DNA of 63,172 nucleotides, the filler included. It is 5 parts of 5 records of this genome, joined end to end, with 100 filler letters (N's around TTAATTAATTAA, not from the genome) between each part and the next. Parts side by side here need not be neighbours in the genome. Positions count along the whole stretch, not along the records: positions 1 to 11,738 come from DRR723986_14438; positions 11,839 to 24,345 come from DRR723986_14439; 3 more parts are not named here. One strand, 5' to 3'. Position 1 is the first letter of the stretch, and every line of letters begins with the position of its first letter. Of this stretch, positions 10,186 through 22,761 are shown one piece after another. Below the pieces are notes generated by a model. The model worked only from the letters and a program-made list of their open reading frames with translations. It did no database searches and was not told the origin of the DNA. Position numbers and translations under genes: made by a program.

Positions 10186-11556
10186 CTAAACTTCCAAGCG
10201 ACCGGTGCTATCGCCGAATGACCGTCGCTGGAGGCCCATGCGATTCATCATGTCGAGATATAAATTGCAGATCGGAGTTGGCTTTGGCATGGTGATGTGC
10301 TTGCCACCGGTGTGCGTGCCCGCGGCACCTCCGGCGACCAATACCGGCAAGTCATCGTTGTTGTGACGATTGCCATCACTGATTCCACTGCCGTAGCAAA
10401 ACATAGTATTGTCCAGCAAGGTTCGTTCACCCTCTTGGATTTTACTCATTCGTTGCAGCAGTCGCCCGAACAATGCGATGTGGTGCGTGTTAATCCGCGT
10501 CAACTCGGCCAGTTTCTCCTCAGCCTTCTTGTGGTGAGACGTCGAGTGATGCGACCCGGGTGATTCGATTTCCGGGTAAGCTCGTCCTGATTTTTCATAG
10601 GAGAACATAAACGTCGCTACCCGAGTGGTATCGGTTTGGAAAGCCAACGTCAGAATGTCCAGCATCAAATTTACGTGATCGGCGTACTCCGAAGGAACAC
10701 CATTGCCATCCGGAATAATCAACTCAGGCAGCTCGGGTTCATCGGCATGCAATAGCGGATCTTCGTCGAATGCATCGGCATGGTGCGAATAGCTATCACG
10801 AGACGCCAGGGCAATCCGCCGCTCAACACCACGCAATCCCTCTAAGTACTCAGCAAGTTTTCGGCGATCTTCGTATCCCAGTTTGCGCTGAAGAGCATTG
10901 GTTTCCTCACGCACCAGATCCAGGACACTAGTCTCGATTGTATCAACTTCACCCACCGCGTCCGCCTTTCCCCACGCCGGAGGACGAGGCTGTTGGCCGC
11001 GGAACAATCGCCGGTAGAGTTGCTTGGGGTTCAGTTCCAGTGGGACCGGCGCTGTCTTGCTACGCCACGAGATGTGGGACATGTAGGTGCCACTGTAGCC
11101 ATGGTCACCGCGGTGTCCAGGATCAATTCCTAGAGCAATTGACCCGACGGGCGTGTCGAGCCCCTTTTCGCCCGCGATGACTTGATCCACACTCCGCCCA
11201 CCGACCTCGGGTTCTTCTGAGTGCTTACATTTTTTGCCAACCAAGAATCCTCCGCCGGCAGGTTCGTGAGAAGCCGTTGTGCCATCACAGTGGTCCGCTT
11301 TCAAATTGCTGACTACGGTAACATGATCTTTCACCGATTCTAGCGGCTTCAACGTCTTCGGAAGATCGTCCAGTGAATTCGGATCTGCTGGACGCCAATC
11401 GTCCATGTTGACGCCATTTGGAACGTAGAAGAATCCAACTCGCATTGGGGCCTGCGATTCGGCCGCCGCAGCGGGACGTGTCATTGCCTCGAGCCACGGC
11501 AGAGCAAGAGCGGCACCGGTGCCCTTTAGGGCGGTTCGACGATCGAGCGGTTGCAT
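10186..11556 (-). CDS. DUF1552 domain-containing protein
   Basis: Twin-arginine-like RRTALKG..LALPWLEAM start (ATG at 11556 preferred over 11619); FFYVPNGV, SVDQVIA, AFQTDTTRVATF, HHSTSHH, GNRHNNDDLPVLVAGG. Confidence 0.88.
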   Translation of the reverse strand: MQPLDRRTALKGTGAALALPWLEAMTRPAAAAESQAPMRVGFFYVPNGVNMDDWRPADPNSLDDLPKTLKPLESVKDHVTVVSNLKADHCDGTTASHEPAGGGFLVGKKCKHSEEPEVGGRSVDQVIAGEKGLDTPVGSIALGIDPGHRGDHGYSGTYMSHISWRSKTAPVPLELNPKQLYRRLFRGQQPRPPAWGKADAVGEVDTIETSVLDLVREETNALQRKLGYEDRRKLAEYLEGLRGVERRIALASRDSYSHHADAFDEDPLLHADEPELPELIIPDGNGVPSEYADHVNLMLDILTLAFQTDTTRVATFMFSYEKSGRAYPEIESPGSHHSTSHHKKAEEKLAELTRINTHHIALFGRLLQRMSKIQEGERTLLDNTMFCYGSGISDGNRHNNDDLPVLVAGGAAGTHTGGKHITMPKPTPICNLYLDMMNRMGLQRRSFGDSTGRLEV

Positions 11557-11738
11557 GAATTCGATCCTGGAATAGCGGGAGCGATCGTGTTGGCCGTGAA
11601 GGTAGGGAAAACCGGCCAAGCGGGGAGCATTATTCTACCACAGTTCCATACGCGGCGAAAAGCTCGCAATTCTGCAACCTATCGTTTGTGCGCCGGGCAG
11701 CTGATGTGCTCATGTGAGCCGTGACGCGTCAGCGGCCG

Positions 11739-11838
11739 NNNNNNNNNNNNNNNNNNNNNNNNNNNNNNNNNNNNNNNNNNNNTTAATTAATTAANNNNNN
11801 NNNNNNNNNNNNNNNNNNNNNNNNNNNNNNNNNNNNNN
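11739..11838. other. Artificial contig spacer
   Basis: 44 N + TTAATTAATTAA + 44 N; gene content and composition change across it. Confidence 0.98.
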
Positions 11839-12078
11839 GCTGCTAAAGCGCCAGTGGAACTGAGCGCGCACAAATACACCTAAATGCATGAATATCAACA
11901 GACTACAGCAGCGGAAAACAGCTACCGCGCTCCCGCAACAAACAAACCCCAATACCGCAAATTCCACACTCCGGAATGACTGGCCCCCGGCCGCCACACT
12001 CCACGTTGCAAATGAGCCCCAAAAGTTGTATCATTCGGGCTTATTTTTTTCGAAATCGAGCTGAACTGAGAATATATC

Positions 12079-15333
<3,255 letters not shown>

Positions 15334-15494
15334 AAACACGCAGATTGCGGATTAAGCGTCAGACGTTTTTTGGTATGCCTCGGTCCGCGTACTTTGTGCG
15401 CCGTTCCCAGCGCTGGTGTACCCTGCACAGCCGACCCGTCCACACAAGGTGGCAAGAAACGGTTTTCAGTTCACGACTTTTTGCGAACAGTCTT

Positions 15495-15974
15495 ATGGAA
15501 AACAAACCCGACAACAACCAAGACCAGATTGATCAGGATGAAGACGGCAAGCGCCGCGTCACGGTGCGTTACAGCGATGAAGATCTGGAAGAGTTTCGTA
15601 CGAATATAGTTCAGGCCCGCAAGGAAGCCGTCGATGAATTTCAGATTCTTAAAGAACACCTGGAAGATTTGAACGACGCCGAGCAGGCCGATGAAAACTC
15701 ATCCTACTCCATGCACATGGCCGAGCAGGGCACTGAGGCGCAGGAAAAAGAAAAAATCTACGCCCAGGTACAGCGCCTGAACGACTATATCAAAAAGCTC
15801 GATGACGCCATCGCACGCATCAACAACAAAACCTATGGCATCTGCCGCATCTGCGGAATCCTGATTGCCAAAGAACGCCTGATTGCTGTGCCGATTACCA
15901 CACTTTCGGCTTCCTACAAAATCCGCAAAGCCTGTCCCGAGGACGGCGAGGATAAAATTGTAGCGCGCCGCTAA
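15495..15974 (+). CDS. dksA: TraR/DksA-family transcription factor
   Basis: YSDEDLEEFR, coiled-coil tip HMAEQGTE, AIARINNKTYGICRICG...ERLIAVP; ATG at 15495 preferred; ileS-dksA-lspA synteny. Confidence 0.85.
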   Translation: MENKPDNNQDQIDQDEDGKRRVTVRYSDEDLEEFRTNIVQARKEAVDEFQILKEHLEDLNDAEQADENSSYSMHMAEQGTEAQEKEKIYAQVQRLNDYIKKLDDAIARINNKTYGICRICGILIAKERLIAVPITTLSASYKIRKACPEDGEDKIVARR

Positions 15975-16067
15975 GCTCGTCGTTTCAGCTTCATCGTCAG
16001 CTTTTTTCAAGAAACCGAACGACGCGGAGGAGTCCCGACTCTTCCGCGTATTCAGACAGGCCTCGGC

Positions 16068-16859
16068 ATGCAACTCTCTCCGAATATCCGCTTTATGACG
16101 GCGGCGCTCCTTCTGGTCATCATCGACCAAATCAGCAAAGTCATCGTTAAAGGGTTTAACCTCTTCGGCATCGAACACGTCGGCATGGAGTTGGGTGAGA
16201 GTTTCCCGGTCATCGATAGTTTCTTCTGGATCACCTTCGTCGAAAATCCCGGCATGGCTTTTGGCCTGGAATTCGGCGAAGCCAAGATCTTTCTGAGCCT
16301 CTTCTCGATTATCGCCAGTGTCCTCCTCGGCTGGTATCTGTGGCGCACTCCCATCGACTCCTTATGGACCAAACTGGGCCTGATGCTTGTGTTGGCAGGC
16401 GCTACCGGCAATCTGATCGACCGCGTCTTTTATGGGTGGTTCTACGACTATGCCCCACTGTTTTACGGCAAGGTCGTCGATTTTGCGGAAGTCGAATTCT
16501 TTGACTTCTCGCTCTTCGGCAAACGTTTTACCACGTGGCCAGTCTTTAATGTCGCCGACTCCTGCGTCAGCATTGGAATGGTTCTACTGATATTCAACAG
16601 CAAACATTTGCCATTCCTGCACGAAGACGAAAAGGCTAAAACTCCTGATTCTGCGGCTGACCTTCCAGGTTCTTCAGCTGATAGTGTGTCATCAAATAAC
16701 AGTGATTCTTCAGCTATTGATCAGAGCGGCTTGCCCGCAGGAACGGGCGCCACTCCAGATGGTGGCTTGCCTGCTGCAGGCGCCCCCGATAATACCTCTC
16801 ATTTGTCCACCGATGCTCAGGACGGCCAATCGCCGAGACAGTCTCAGGGAGACCAATAG
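16068..16859 (+). CDS. lspA: Lipoprotein signal peptidase II with low-complexity C-terminal tail
   Basis: DQISK, ENPGMAFG, GATGNLIDR, VVDF, PVFNVADS. Confidence 0.95.
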   Translation: MQLSPNIRFMTAALLLVIIDQISKVIVKGFNLFGIEHVGMELGESFPVIDSFFWITFVENPGMAFGLEFGEAKIFLSLFSIIASVLLGWYLWRTPIDSLWTKLGLMLVLAGATGNLIDRVFYGWFYDYAPLFYGKVVDFAEVEFFDFSLFGKRFTTWPVFNVADSCVSIGMVLLIFNSKHLPFLHEDEKAKTPDSAADLPGSSADSVSSNNSDSSAIDQSGLPAGTGATPDGGLPAAGAPDNTSHLSTDAQDGQSPRQSQGDQ

Positions 16860-16862
16860 GCG

Positions 16863-17969
16863 ATGCAGTCAGCCAAGCCCAAAGTCAATAGCCGCTCCGC
16901 GCACAGCGAAGACAGCCGCTACGTCGATTACATACCCGTAGAATACGAATTTGACCTGACGGACGGCTATCAGGCCGAACGCCTGGACGTCTACCTTACC
17001 TACCGCATTCGCAACGCCACGCGCACCAAAGTCCAGCGCGCCATCAGCGAGGGCCATGTGACGGTCAACGGCAAAACTTCCATCAAGGCTTCCTACAGAA
17101 TCCGCCCCGGCGACCACATCGTCTGCCGCCTGATGAAGCCGCCGCCAATCGAACTGATTCCCGAAAATATTCCGCTCGACATCCTCTACGAAGACGATGA
17201 CGTGCTCGTGATCAACAAAAAAGCCGGCATGGTTGTCCATCCCGGCTTCGGCAACCGCAACGGCACACTCGTCAACGCCGTCCTCTACCACATGGGCGTG
17301 CGCGAATCACGCGTCCTGGAGCGCGATGAAGATGACTCCGGCGACGCGGCTATGATCTACAGCGACGCCGCGGTGCGCCCCGGCATCGTCCACCGCCTGG
17401 ACCGCGAGACCTCGGGTGTCATGATCATCAGCAAACAAGAAAACATCCATGCGCGCCTGGCCGAACAGTTTGCCAAACGCACAACCAGACGCGAATACAT
17501 CGCCCTGGCCTGGGGCGTGTTCAAAGAAGACAGCGGCAGCATCGAAGGTAACATCGGCCGCTCCACACGCGACCGCAAGGTAATGGCCGTCCTCAAACGC
17601 GACGGCAAAGCCGCACGCACGGACTTTGAAGTATTGGAACGTTTTGAATTTGCGACTCTGATTCGCTGTAAACTGCACACGGGACGCACACACCAGATCC
17701 GCGTTCACTGCGCACATATTGGCCATCCGCTCTTCGGCGATCCCACCTATGGCGGGCGCGACGTAGTTTACGGACCGCGCACCAAACGGCACCGCGCCAC
17801 TGTTAACAATTTGCTGGAGATAATGCCGCGCCAGGCACTCCACGCACGCACCCTCGGTTTCCTGCATCCCGGTAAAAATGCGCAGATGGATTTTGACTCG
17901 CCGCTGCCGGAGGATTTACTTGCGCTGATGCAGCGTATGCGTGAGCTCGCGGCGTCCGTCAGTAGTTAA
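16863..17969 (+). CDS. rluD: RluA/RluD-family pseudouridine synthase
   Basis: N-terminal S4 domain (RLDVYL), NKKAGMVVHP, GIVHRLDRETSG, LHTGRTHQIRVH, RQALHA. Confidence 0.92.
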   Translation: MQSAKPKVNSRSAHSEDSRYVDYIPVEYEFDLTDGYQAERLDVYLTYRIRNATRTKVQRAISEGHVTVNGKTSIKASYRIRPGDHIVCRLMKPPPIELIPENIPLDILYEDDDVLVINKKAGMVVHPGFGNRNGTLVNAVLYHMGVRESRVLERDEDDSGDAAMIYSDAAVRPGIVHRLDRETSGVMIISKQENIHARLAEQFAKRTTRREYIALAWGVFKEDSGSIEGNIGRSTRDRKVMAVLKRDGKAARTDFEVLERFEFATLIRCKLHTGRTHQIRVHCAHIGHPLFGDPTYGGRDVVYGPRTKRHRATVNNLLEIMPRQALHARTLGFLHPGKNAQMDFDSPLPEDLLALMQRMRELAASVSS

Positions 17970-18647
17970 GCCGCTAGATTTTGGATTGCGCTTATTCTTA
18001 TACCGACGCCAGGACATGAAGATTCCCGATCGATATCGTACGGCCACACTGTCTGTGAACGCTTTCGACTGAATGCCAAAAGTACTCTGATTTCTGGTGC
18101 TCAATGGTGAAATGCTGGTTTAACAGCAATGTCCGACGCACCCTGTAAACACGAATAAGATATCCCTGGCTTTTGCTGAGAACACAACCGAATCACAGCA
18201 CCAATGGGCAAACGATACGGCTTGCCTGCACTGCTTTGGTAGACTTAAATTTTAGGATTTTATCTTGCTGCGAACTTACTTTCCCAACAGACCAAGGCTG
18301 TCACCTTTCCCGCTACAGTGCCCTGCAAAACGCTAGGTACGGAGGCTAAATGTTAACAATTAATTTAGAAGACCTAACAGCCTTAGGCTAACAGCTACGA
18401 GACGAACAAGAAGCTCATAAAAGCCTGAGACCGCAGGGCAGCCTAAACAAAGCCAAAATCTCGCACCAAAACAACTCAAATGTAGCCAAGGGCTCAAAGC
18501 GATCTGTTAACAATTCATATACCTGTGGTGCAGGCTCACAAAAACGACAGAACCCTAATTATTAAACAAGAATACCCACCGGAGCGTCCACCCAAACCTG
18601 GGCAGATTTTTGTTAATGGCAGACGCTCTCCGGCAGGCAGTACCACA

Positions 18648-20678
18648 TCAGGGCAGTGTGATGACGGGTACAGTTAGCTGGGTGGATTCAAAGGTAAAAC
18701 GCAGCAAAGCACTGGCACCGTTAAAAACGGGAATTTCAAACGGCAACAAAATAGCACCGGCGTTTAACCTGATCGAGGGCAAGTCAATCACACTGCCACG
18801 CATGTCAACTAATTGGATGTTAAGTGTTCCCGCGCGCGGAACGGAAATATGCGCCGTACGCAACTCACTTAAACTGGCTGGGTTGGGGCCGATCTCAACC
18901 TTAAACTCACCGCCGGCGTTCAACATTGCAACACCGGTAGACGTTTCGCTGGCGCTGCCATTAAGATTAACACGTTCTTCACCGGCCTCGCTCACAATCA
19001 CAAGCTCCGCGGCGTATTCACCGGCAGCCGACGGCTCAAAGTTAAGCATAATATCCAGACCTGGATCTTCGTTAAGCTGCACGGGTAAACCTGGAGCGTC
19101 GCCGAGTGCAAAACCGGCACCAACAACTTCGAGCTCCAGCAGTTCAAGCCCGGCAGCGTTGGCCGCACGAATGTTAAGTGTCCGGCTGCTATTGGTATTT
19201 TCTTCAATCTCACCAAAATCGATATCAGACTGATCGACAACAATGCCTGGTTCCAGGACTTCAACACCGCTTCCGCTAACGGGGATCCGGATTTCCGGTG
19301 TGTCCGCATCGTTAGTTTTTATTAACAGCTCAACCGTTTGCTCCCCGGCAGCCGGCGCCTTAAACGTAATGTCGGCCCTCAGAAAGTTGCCTCCCGGCAA
19401 TGAAATCGGCAAACTGGCATCAACACTTAAACTGAATCCGCGCGCGGCCGCATCTTCTTCAACAAAGGATATATCTTCGACGACGAGCTCGGCGGCGCTG
19501 ATTGAACTGATATTCAGCGACAGCGAAAATTCGTCATCCACATCCAACTCACCAAAATTTAACTCCGTCGGTGACACTTCAGCTTGTGGGACAGGCAGGT
19601 CAGCCGCATCGCGTGAAGTCTGCAGAATCGTTCCATCGGTACCACAGGCAAAACCCTCCGTTTCAAGCGGAAAGTGAACCTTGCGCAGCAGAACATTAGC
19701 TGAGACGTTCTCTTCAGTCCAGTTTAATCCACCGTCCTCCGTACGTACAATCACCGGATCGTTTTCGTCGAACAGATTGCCGCCGACCGCATATAAAACA
19801 AACGGATTTTCTGGCGTAACACAAATATCCATAAACGTTTGCGCGGAACCCGGCTTAGAGTAAACACTTCGCCAATTCTCACCACCGTCGGTTGTTATCC
19901 AAATAGTTGGACCGCCCGCAGAGCCGGCGGCATAACCAATATTTTCATCAACAAATTCAACTGCCTGGACCTGTTGTAACAGGCTAAATTCATTCGGTTT
20001 AGCCCAGCTGGCTCCACCGTCCGTGGTGCGATATAGTTCCGCCCCACTCCAGAAGTTGTTTGGCGTTGGAGTTACCACCGCATAACCTGTTCGCAAGTCA
20101 ATGAAGTCGAGGTCAAGTACGTGCGTACCGCCCGGCAGCGACGCCACCGGCGACCAGCTGGAACCACCGTCAATAGTTGAAAGCACATATCCCTGCCCAC
20201 CGGCAACAAATCCATCGCGTTTACCAACGAAATCTACAGCCCAGAAAGCAGGTGTCGATGACGCATCGTCCACGCGCATGTCCCAGTTGTTACCTCCGTC
20301 GGTAGACTTGAAAACACGCGAAAAGTTCGTGGTACCGCCAATCACAATTGCATTTTGCCGGTCCAGCATGCGCGCACCGGTCATTCCCTGGTTAATATCG
20401 CTAAACGGTTTATTCCACGTAAAACCACCGTCGCTGGTTCGCAGAATTTCAGCAGCGCCCGGTTTAACCCACACAGCAGCGATTCCATTTTGTGCATCGG
20501 CAAAGTGAACTTCATAAATGTCACCATTCGTGCCCGAGGACTGCACGTTCCACTGTGCCAAAATGTTTAAGGGCGCAGTAGCCGCCAGTGCCGCGATAAT
20601 TAAAAGGCTAAAACACAGTCGGCGCACTCGTATCGCCAGGATTTGTTTCTTATTACAGGGTAAGGTATCTGGTCTCAT
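18648..20678 (-). CDS. Secreted YCF48/BNR-repeat beta-propeller protein with two Ig-like (choice-of-anchor D type) domains and a probable T9SS C-terminal domain
   Basis: Signal peptide ending ILA-QW; repeated [ST]xDGGxxW Asp-boxes; two 'LNFGE/IDFGE ... F.P..AGE ... GSG' Ig repeats; C-terminal IGPNPA...LVDMRG. Confidence 0.82.
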   Translation of the reverse strand: MRPDTLPCNKKQILAIRVRRLCFSLLIIAALAATAPLNILAQWNVQSSGTNGDIYEVHFADAQNGIAAVWVKPGAAEILRTSDGGFTWNKPFSDINQGMTGARMLDRQNAIVIGGTTNFSRVFKSTDGGNNWDMRVDDASSTPAFWAVDFVGKRDGFVAGGQGYVLSTIDGGSSWSPVASLPGGTHVLDLDFIDLRTGYAVVTPTPNNFWSGAELYRTTDGGASWAKPNEFSLLQQVQAVEFVDENIGYAAGSAGGPTIWITTDGGENWRSVYSKPGSAQTFMDICVTPENPFVLYAVGGNLFDENDPVIVRTEDGGLNWTEENVSANVLLRKVHFPLETEGFACGTDGTILQTSRDAADLPVPQAEVSPTELNFGELDVDDEFSLSLNISSISAAELVVEDISFVEEDAAARGFSLSVDASLPISLPGGNFLRADITFKAPAAGEQTVELLIKTNDADTPEIRIPVSGSGVEVLEPGIVVDQSDIDFGEIEENTNSSRTLNIRAANAAGLELLELEVVGAGFALGDAPGLPVQLNEDPGLDIMLNFEPSAAGEYAAELVIVSEAGEERVNLNGSASETSTGVAMLNAGGEFKVEIGPNPASLSELRTAHISVPRAGTLNIQLVDMRGSVIDLPSIRLNAGAILLPFEIPVFNGASALLRFTFESTQLTVPVITLP

Positions 20679-20703
20679 TTCTTAAACTCCAAATTCATGA
20701 GTT

Positions 20704-20751
20704 GCCGCATCCCCGGCTCAACCTCCATGAGCGTTGAGCGCGGAGCGCGGC
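20704..20751 (-). promoter_or_regulatory. Long GC-rich stem-loop in the 5' leader of the YCF48-like gene
   Basis: Minus strand GCCGC-G-CUCCG-C-GCUCAAC-G-CUC-AUG-GAG-GUUGAGC-CGGGG-AU-GCGGC forms ~20 bp with bulges and ends ~25 nt before the ATG at 20678. Confidence 0.5.
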
Positions 20752-21238
20752 TATAATTGAGGCTCAGCAATCTGGCGAATCCCTCTGCGGAGTTGTTATT
20801 CAAAATTGCTTTTTTGGCGCTAGGGTGACCTTTGAAGCGCTGTTTCGTGGTCTTTTGTGTGTCAGGTGTTGTGATTTCTTGATTGCAGCGCCGTGCGCAG
20901 GAGCTTCGGCTTGCTTTTTGAGGGTCTTGTTAGTTTTTGCATTAGATGTTATCAGTACCTTAGCAAATTGAAATTTGCGGCACAGCGACAAACAAAAGAA
21001 AGTACCAGCTGCGAATGCGTAGAGAGGCGCAGAGCTGATTTAGAATCGTTGTAAGACGGAATTGATAACCGCGCCACTCTTGGGGTCGCATGTGATTTCA
21101 ACACCGCCATAGGTCCACAAAATCACGTGTTGTGCAGTTGCCCGAATATTCGTAATGTGATCTAAGCTCATACTGTAAGCATTGTTTTGCACAATACGCC
21201 AAACTATTTCACAATTAGGTGAAACTCCATAGACGAAT

Positions 21239-21670
21239 TTATAATACTTGGACTTTCACGTCATTTTTTTCAAATAGTTCCATTAGTTTGGCGGAGTTTT
21301 GTCGTTTACTAGGTAAATAGTTTAGTTTCTTCTGCTTTCCTGAACGCAACTTTACGCGAATGTAACAGTTCCTGGGCCTGACTTTAAACAGCACCTGCTC
21401 TATGTCCTCGTAGCGGACACAAAATCTCTTAATGTTGTTAAAAATTCGGTGGTGTACATCTACATCCTTTTCCCTGAATACAAAGCTATTTGCGCTGTGC
21501 AGAATCTCTCCAAATATTATCAAAGCAAAAAAAGGAACCAAAAACAAGAAAGTGAAAAAACGGCCGCCGGAATAGAATACAATCGCACCGAAGACACAAA
21601 CAACTAGTCCAAGCGAGAGTGCGCTGTTTGAGTAATCGCTGTCGAACCTTTCATCTTTAATTTCAGTCAT
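21239..21670 (-). CDS. Hypothetical membrane protein (two TM helices + basic PH-like soluble domain)
   Basis: Two hydrophobic helices followed by a beta-rich basic region; lower GC than flanking genes. Confidence 0.7.
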   Translation of the reverse strand: MTEIKDERFDSDYSNSALSLGLVVCVFGAIVFYSGGRFFTFLFLVPFFALIIFGEILHSANSFVFREKDVDVHHRIFNNIKRFCVRYEDIEQVLFKVRPRNCYIRVKLRSGKQKKLNYLPSKRQNSAKLMELFEKNDVKVQVL

Positions 21671-21844
21671 TCCGTAATCGCCAGTCTATTTGTGAACAGT
21701 ACATTCATTCGTTGCCCGGATAGCACGGCACTAGCAAGGGTTGAAAGTAGTACGTTAAGTCATGTTCCTCATTGTTCTAAACTAATATAAGTGAATTTTG
21801 CTGACAATCTTAGGGCTAAGTGATGATATTATCCGCGACCTTAA

Positions 21845-22504
21845 TCAATTTTCTGCACCATCCCATTTTTGGCTCACCTTCGACGCATGTAAAGTAGTTG
21901 TGTTGGTCGCAGATTTCCATGTAGTGTATTCCGGCAGACCTCGTTGCATTAACACCTTGGCACGACAATAAGGCCGATTCCACTGTCGCCAAAGGACTAA
22001 ACGGAGATGGCGGCGTATCCAGCTGTCCAACTGTGCAAAGACTGCTGATATTTCACTGCGAATGAAGTAGTTTAACCAGCCCGTGAACAAGGGCCGTAGG
22101 TCTTCGATCAACTGCGGCAGACTAGCTCCACGCCCGCGCCGAAAATGCCGCTTAAGCTTGGATTTCAGTTTCTGGACTGAAGCCGGAGCCACACGCAGCC
22201 GCGTGGCCCATTCTATCGTGACGGTGTACCCTTGGAACTTCCGCTGCCACGGCCGTGCTACCGCACTCTTGCCTTCGTTTATCTGTAAACGTAGGCGCGT
22301 GCGGATAAAACGCCCCACCGATTCTTTCACACGTTCGCCCGACCGTTTGGTCCCGACGTAGATGGTGTAGTCATCGGCGTAGCGGCAGAAACATAGACCA
22401 CGACCTTCAAGTTCTTTGTCCAGATCATCCAGCAGGATGTTCGACAGAAGCGGTGACAGCGGTCCGCTTTGCGGCGTACCCTCCCGACGCACTTCCATCT
22501 CCAT
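21845..22504 (-). pseudogene. ltrA: Group II intron reverse transcriptase/maturase fragment (RT4-RT7 + domain X)
   Basis: EGTPQSGPLSPLLSNI, RYADD, SAVARPW, WRQW; RT0-RT3 absent; conserved PQGG, YADDC and FLGY appear as PQSG, YADDY and FQGY; homology ends at WKSATN (~21902). Confidence 0.88.
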
Positions 22505-22681
22505 GTTTGGGCCTTCACGCTGTCGATCACGTTACGATGCCCGCTGCTGACTTCCGGTGTACCATCGCGATGCGTCGTCGCAGCACTAGCCCCACTGCTA
22601 AATTGGCGTCCGGCTCGTACTTCCCCTTGCCGGGCGAACACGGGACTTGCATCCGCTAGACGTGCGCCCTGCCGGGCGCAC
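21902..22681 (-). mobile_element. Decayed class IIC group II intron (5' end intact, internal deletions, DV/DVI missing)
   Basis: 5' end GTGCGCCCGGCAGGGCGCAC at 22681 directly after an intrinsic terminator; GAAGTCAGCAGCGGGCATCGTA (from 22554) and a DIII-like GAAGGCCCAAAC (~22516-22505); RT fragment follows; no DV-like sequence downstream. Confidence 0.88.
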
Positions 22682-22715
22682 AACAAAAAGGCCCGAAGCA
22701 ATCAATGCTCCGGGC
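22682..22715 (-). terminator. Rho-independent terminator, also the target site of the IIC intron
   Basis: Minus strand GCCCGGAGCA-TTGAT-TGCTTCGGGC-CTTTTTGTT, 46 nt after the stop of 22762..24345. Confidence 0.88.
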
Positions 22716-22761
22716 GCTTTAACACAAGACTTTCTGTCCGCCAATCATAGATGGCGAATTT

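Noticed and set aside
11783-11794. TTAATTAATTAA motif and ORFs running into N-runs
   Set aside because: Synthetic linker with stops in all six frames, not biological.
17970-18647. ncRNA or operator pair (TGTTAACAATT at 18351 and 18505) in the rluD downstream spacer
   Set aside because: No tmRNA, RNase P, SRP or 6S hallmark recognised; the same 11-mer also occurs inside rluD coding sequence; the flanking genes converge.
21015-21240. Lysine riboswitch (AGAGGCGC) or an integron attC site around the 143-aa membrane gene
   Set aside because: The rest of the riboswitch consensus is absent, and no RYYYAAC...GTTRRRY pair with complementary arms was found.
21845-22504. RT as a retron, DGR or defence-associated reverse transcriptase
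   Set aside because: It has group II intron RT/X-domain motifs, intron RNA motifs upstream and a terminator target site. I see no msr/msd, template/variable repeat pair or effector gene, and the RT is truncated and degenerate.
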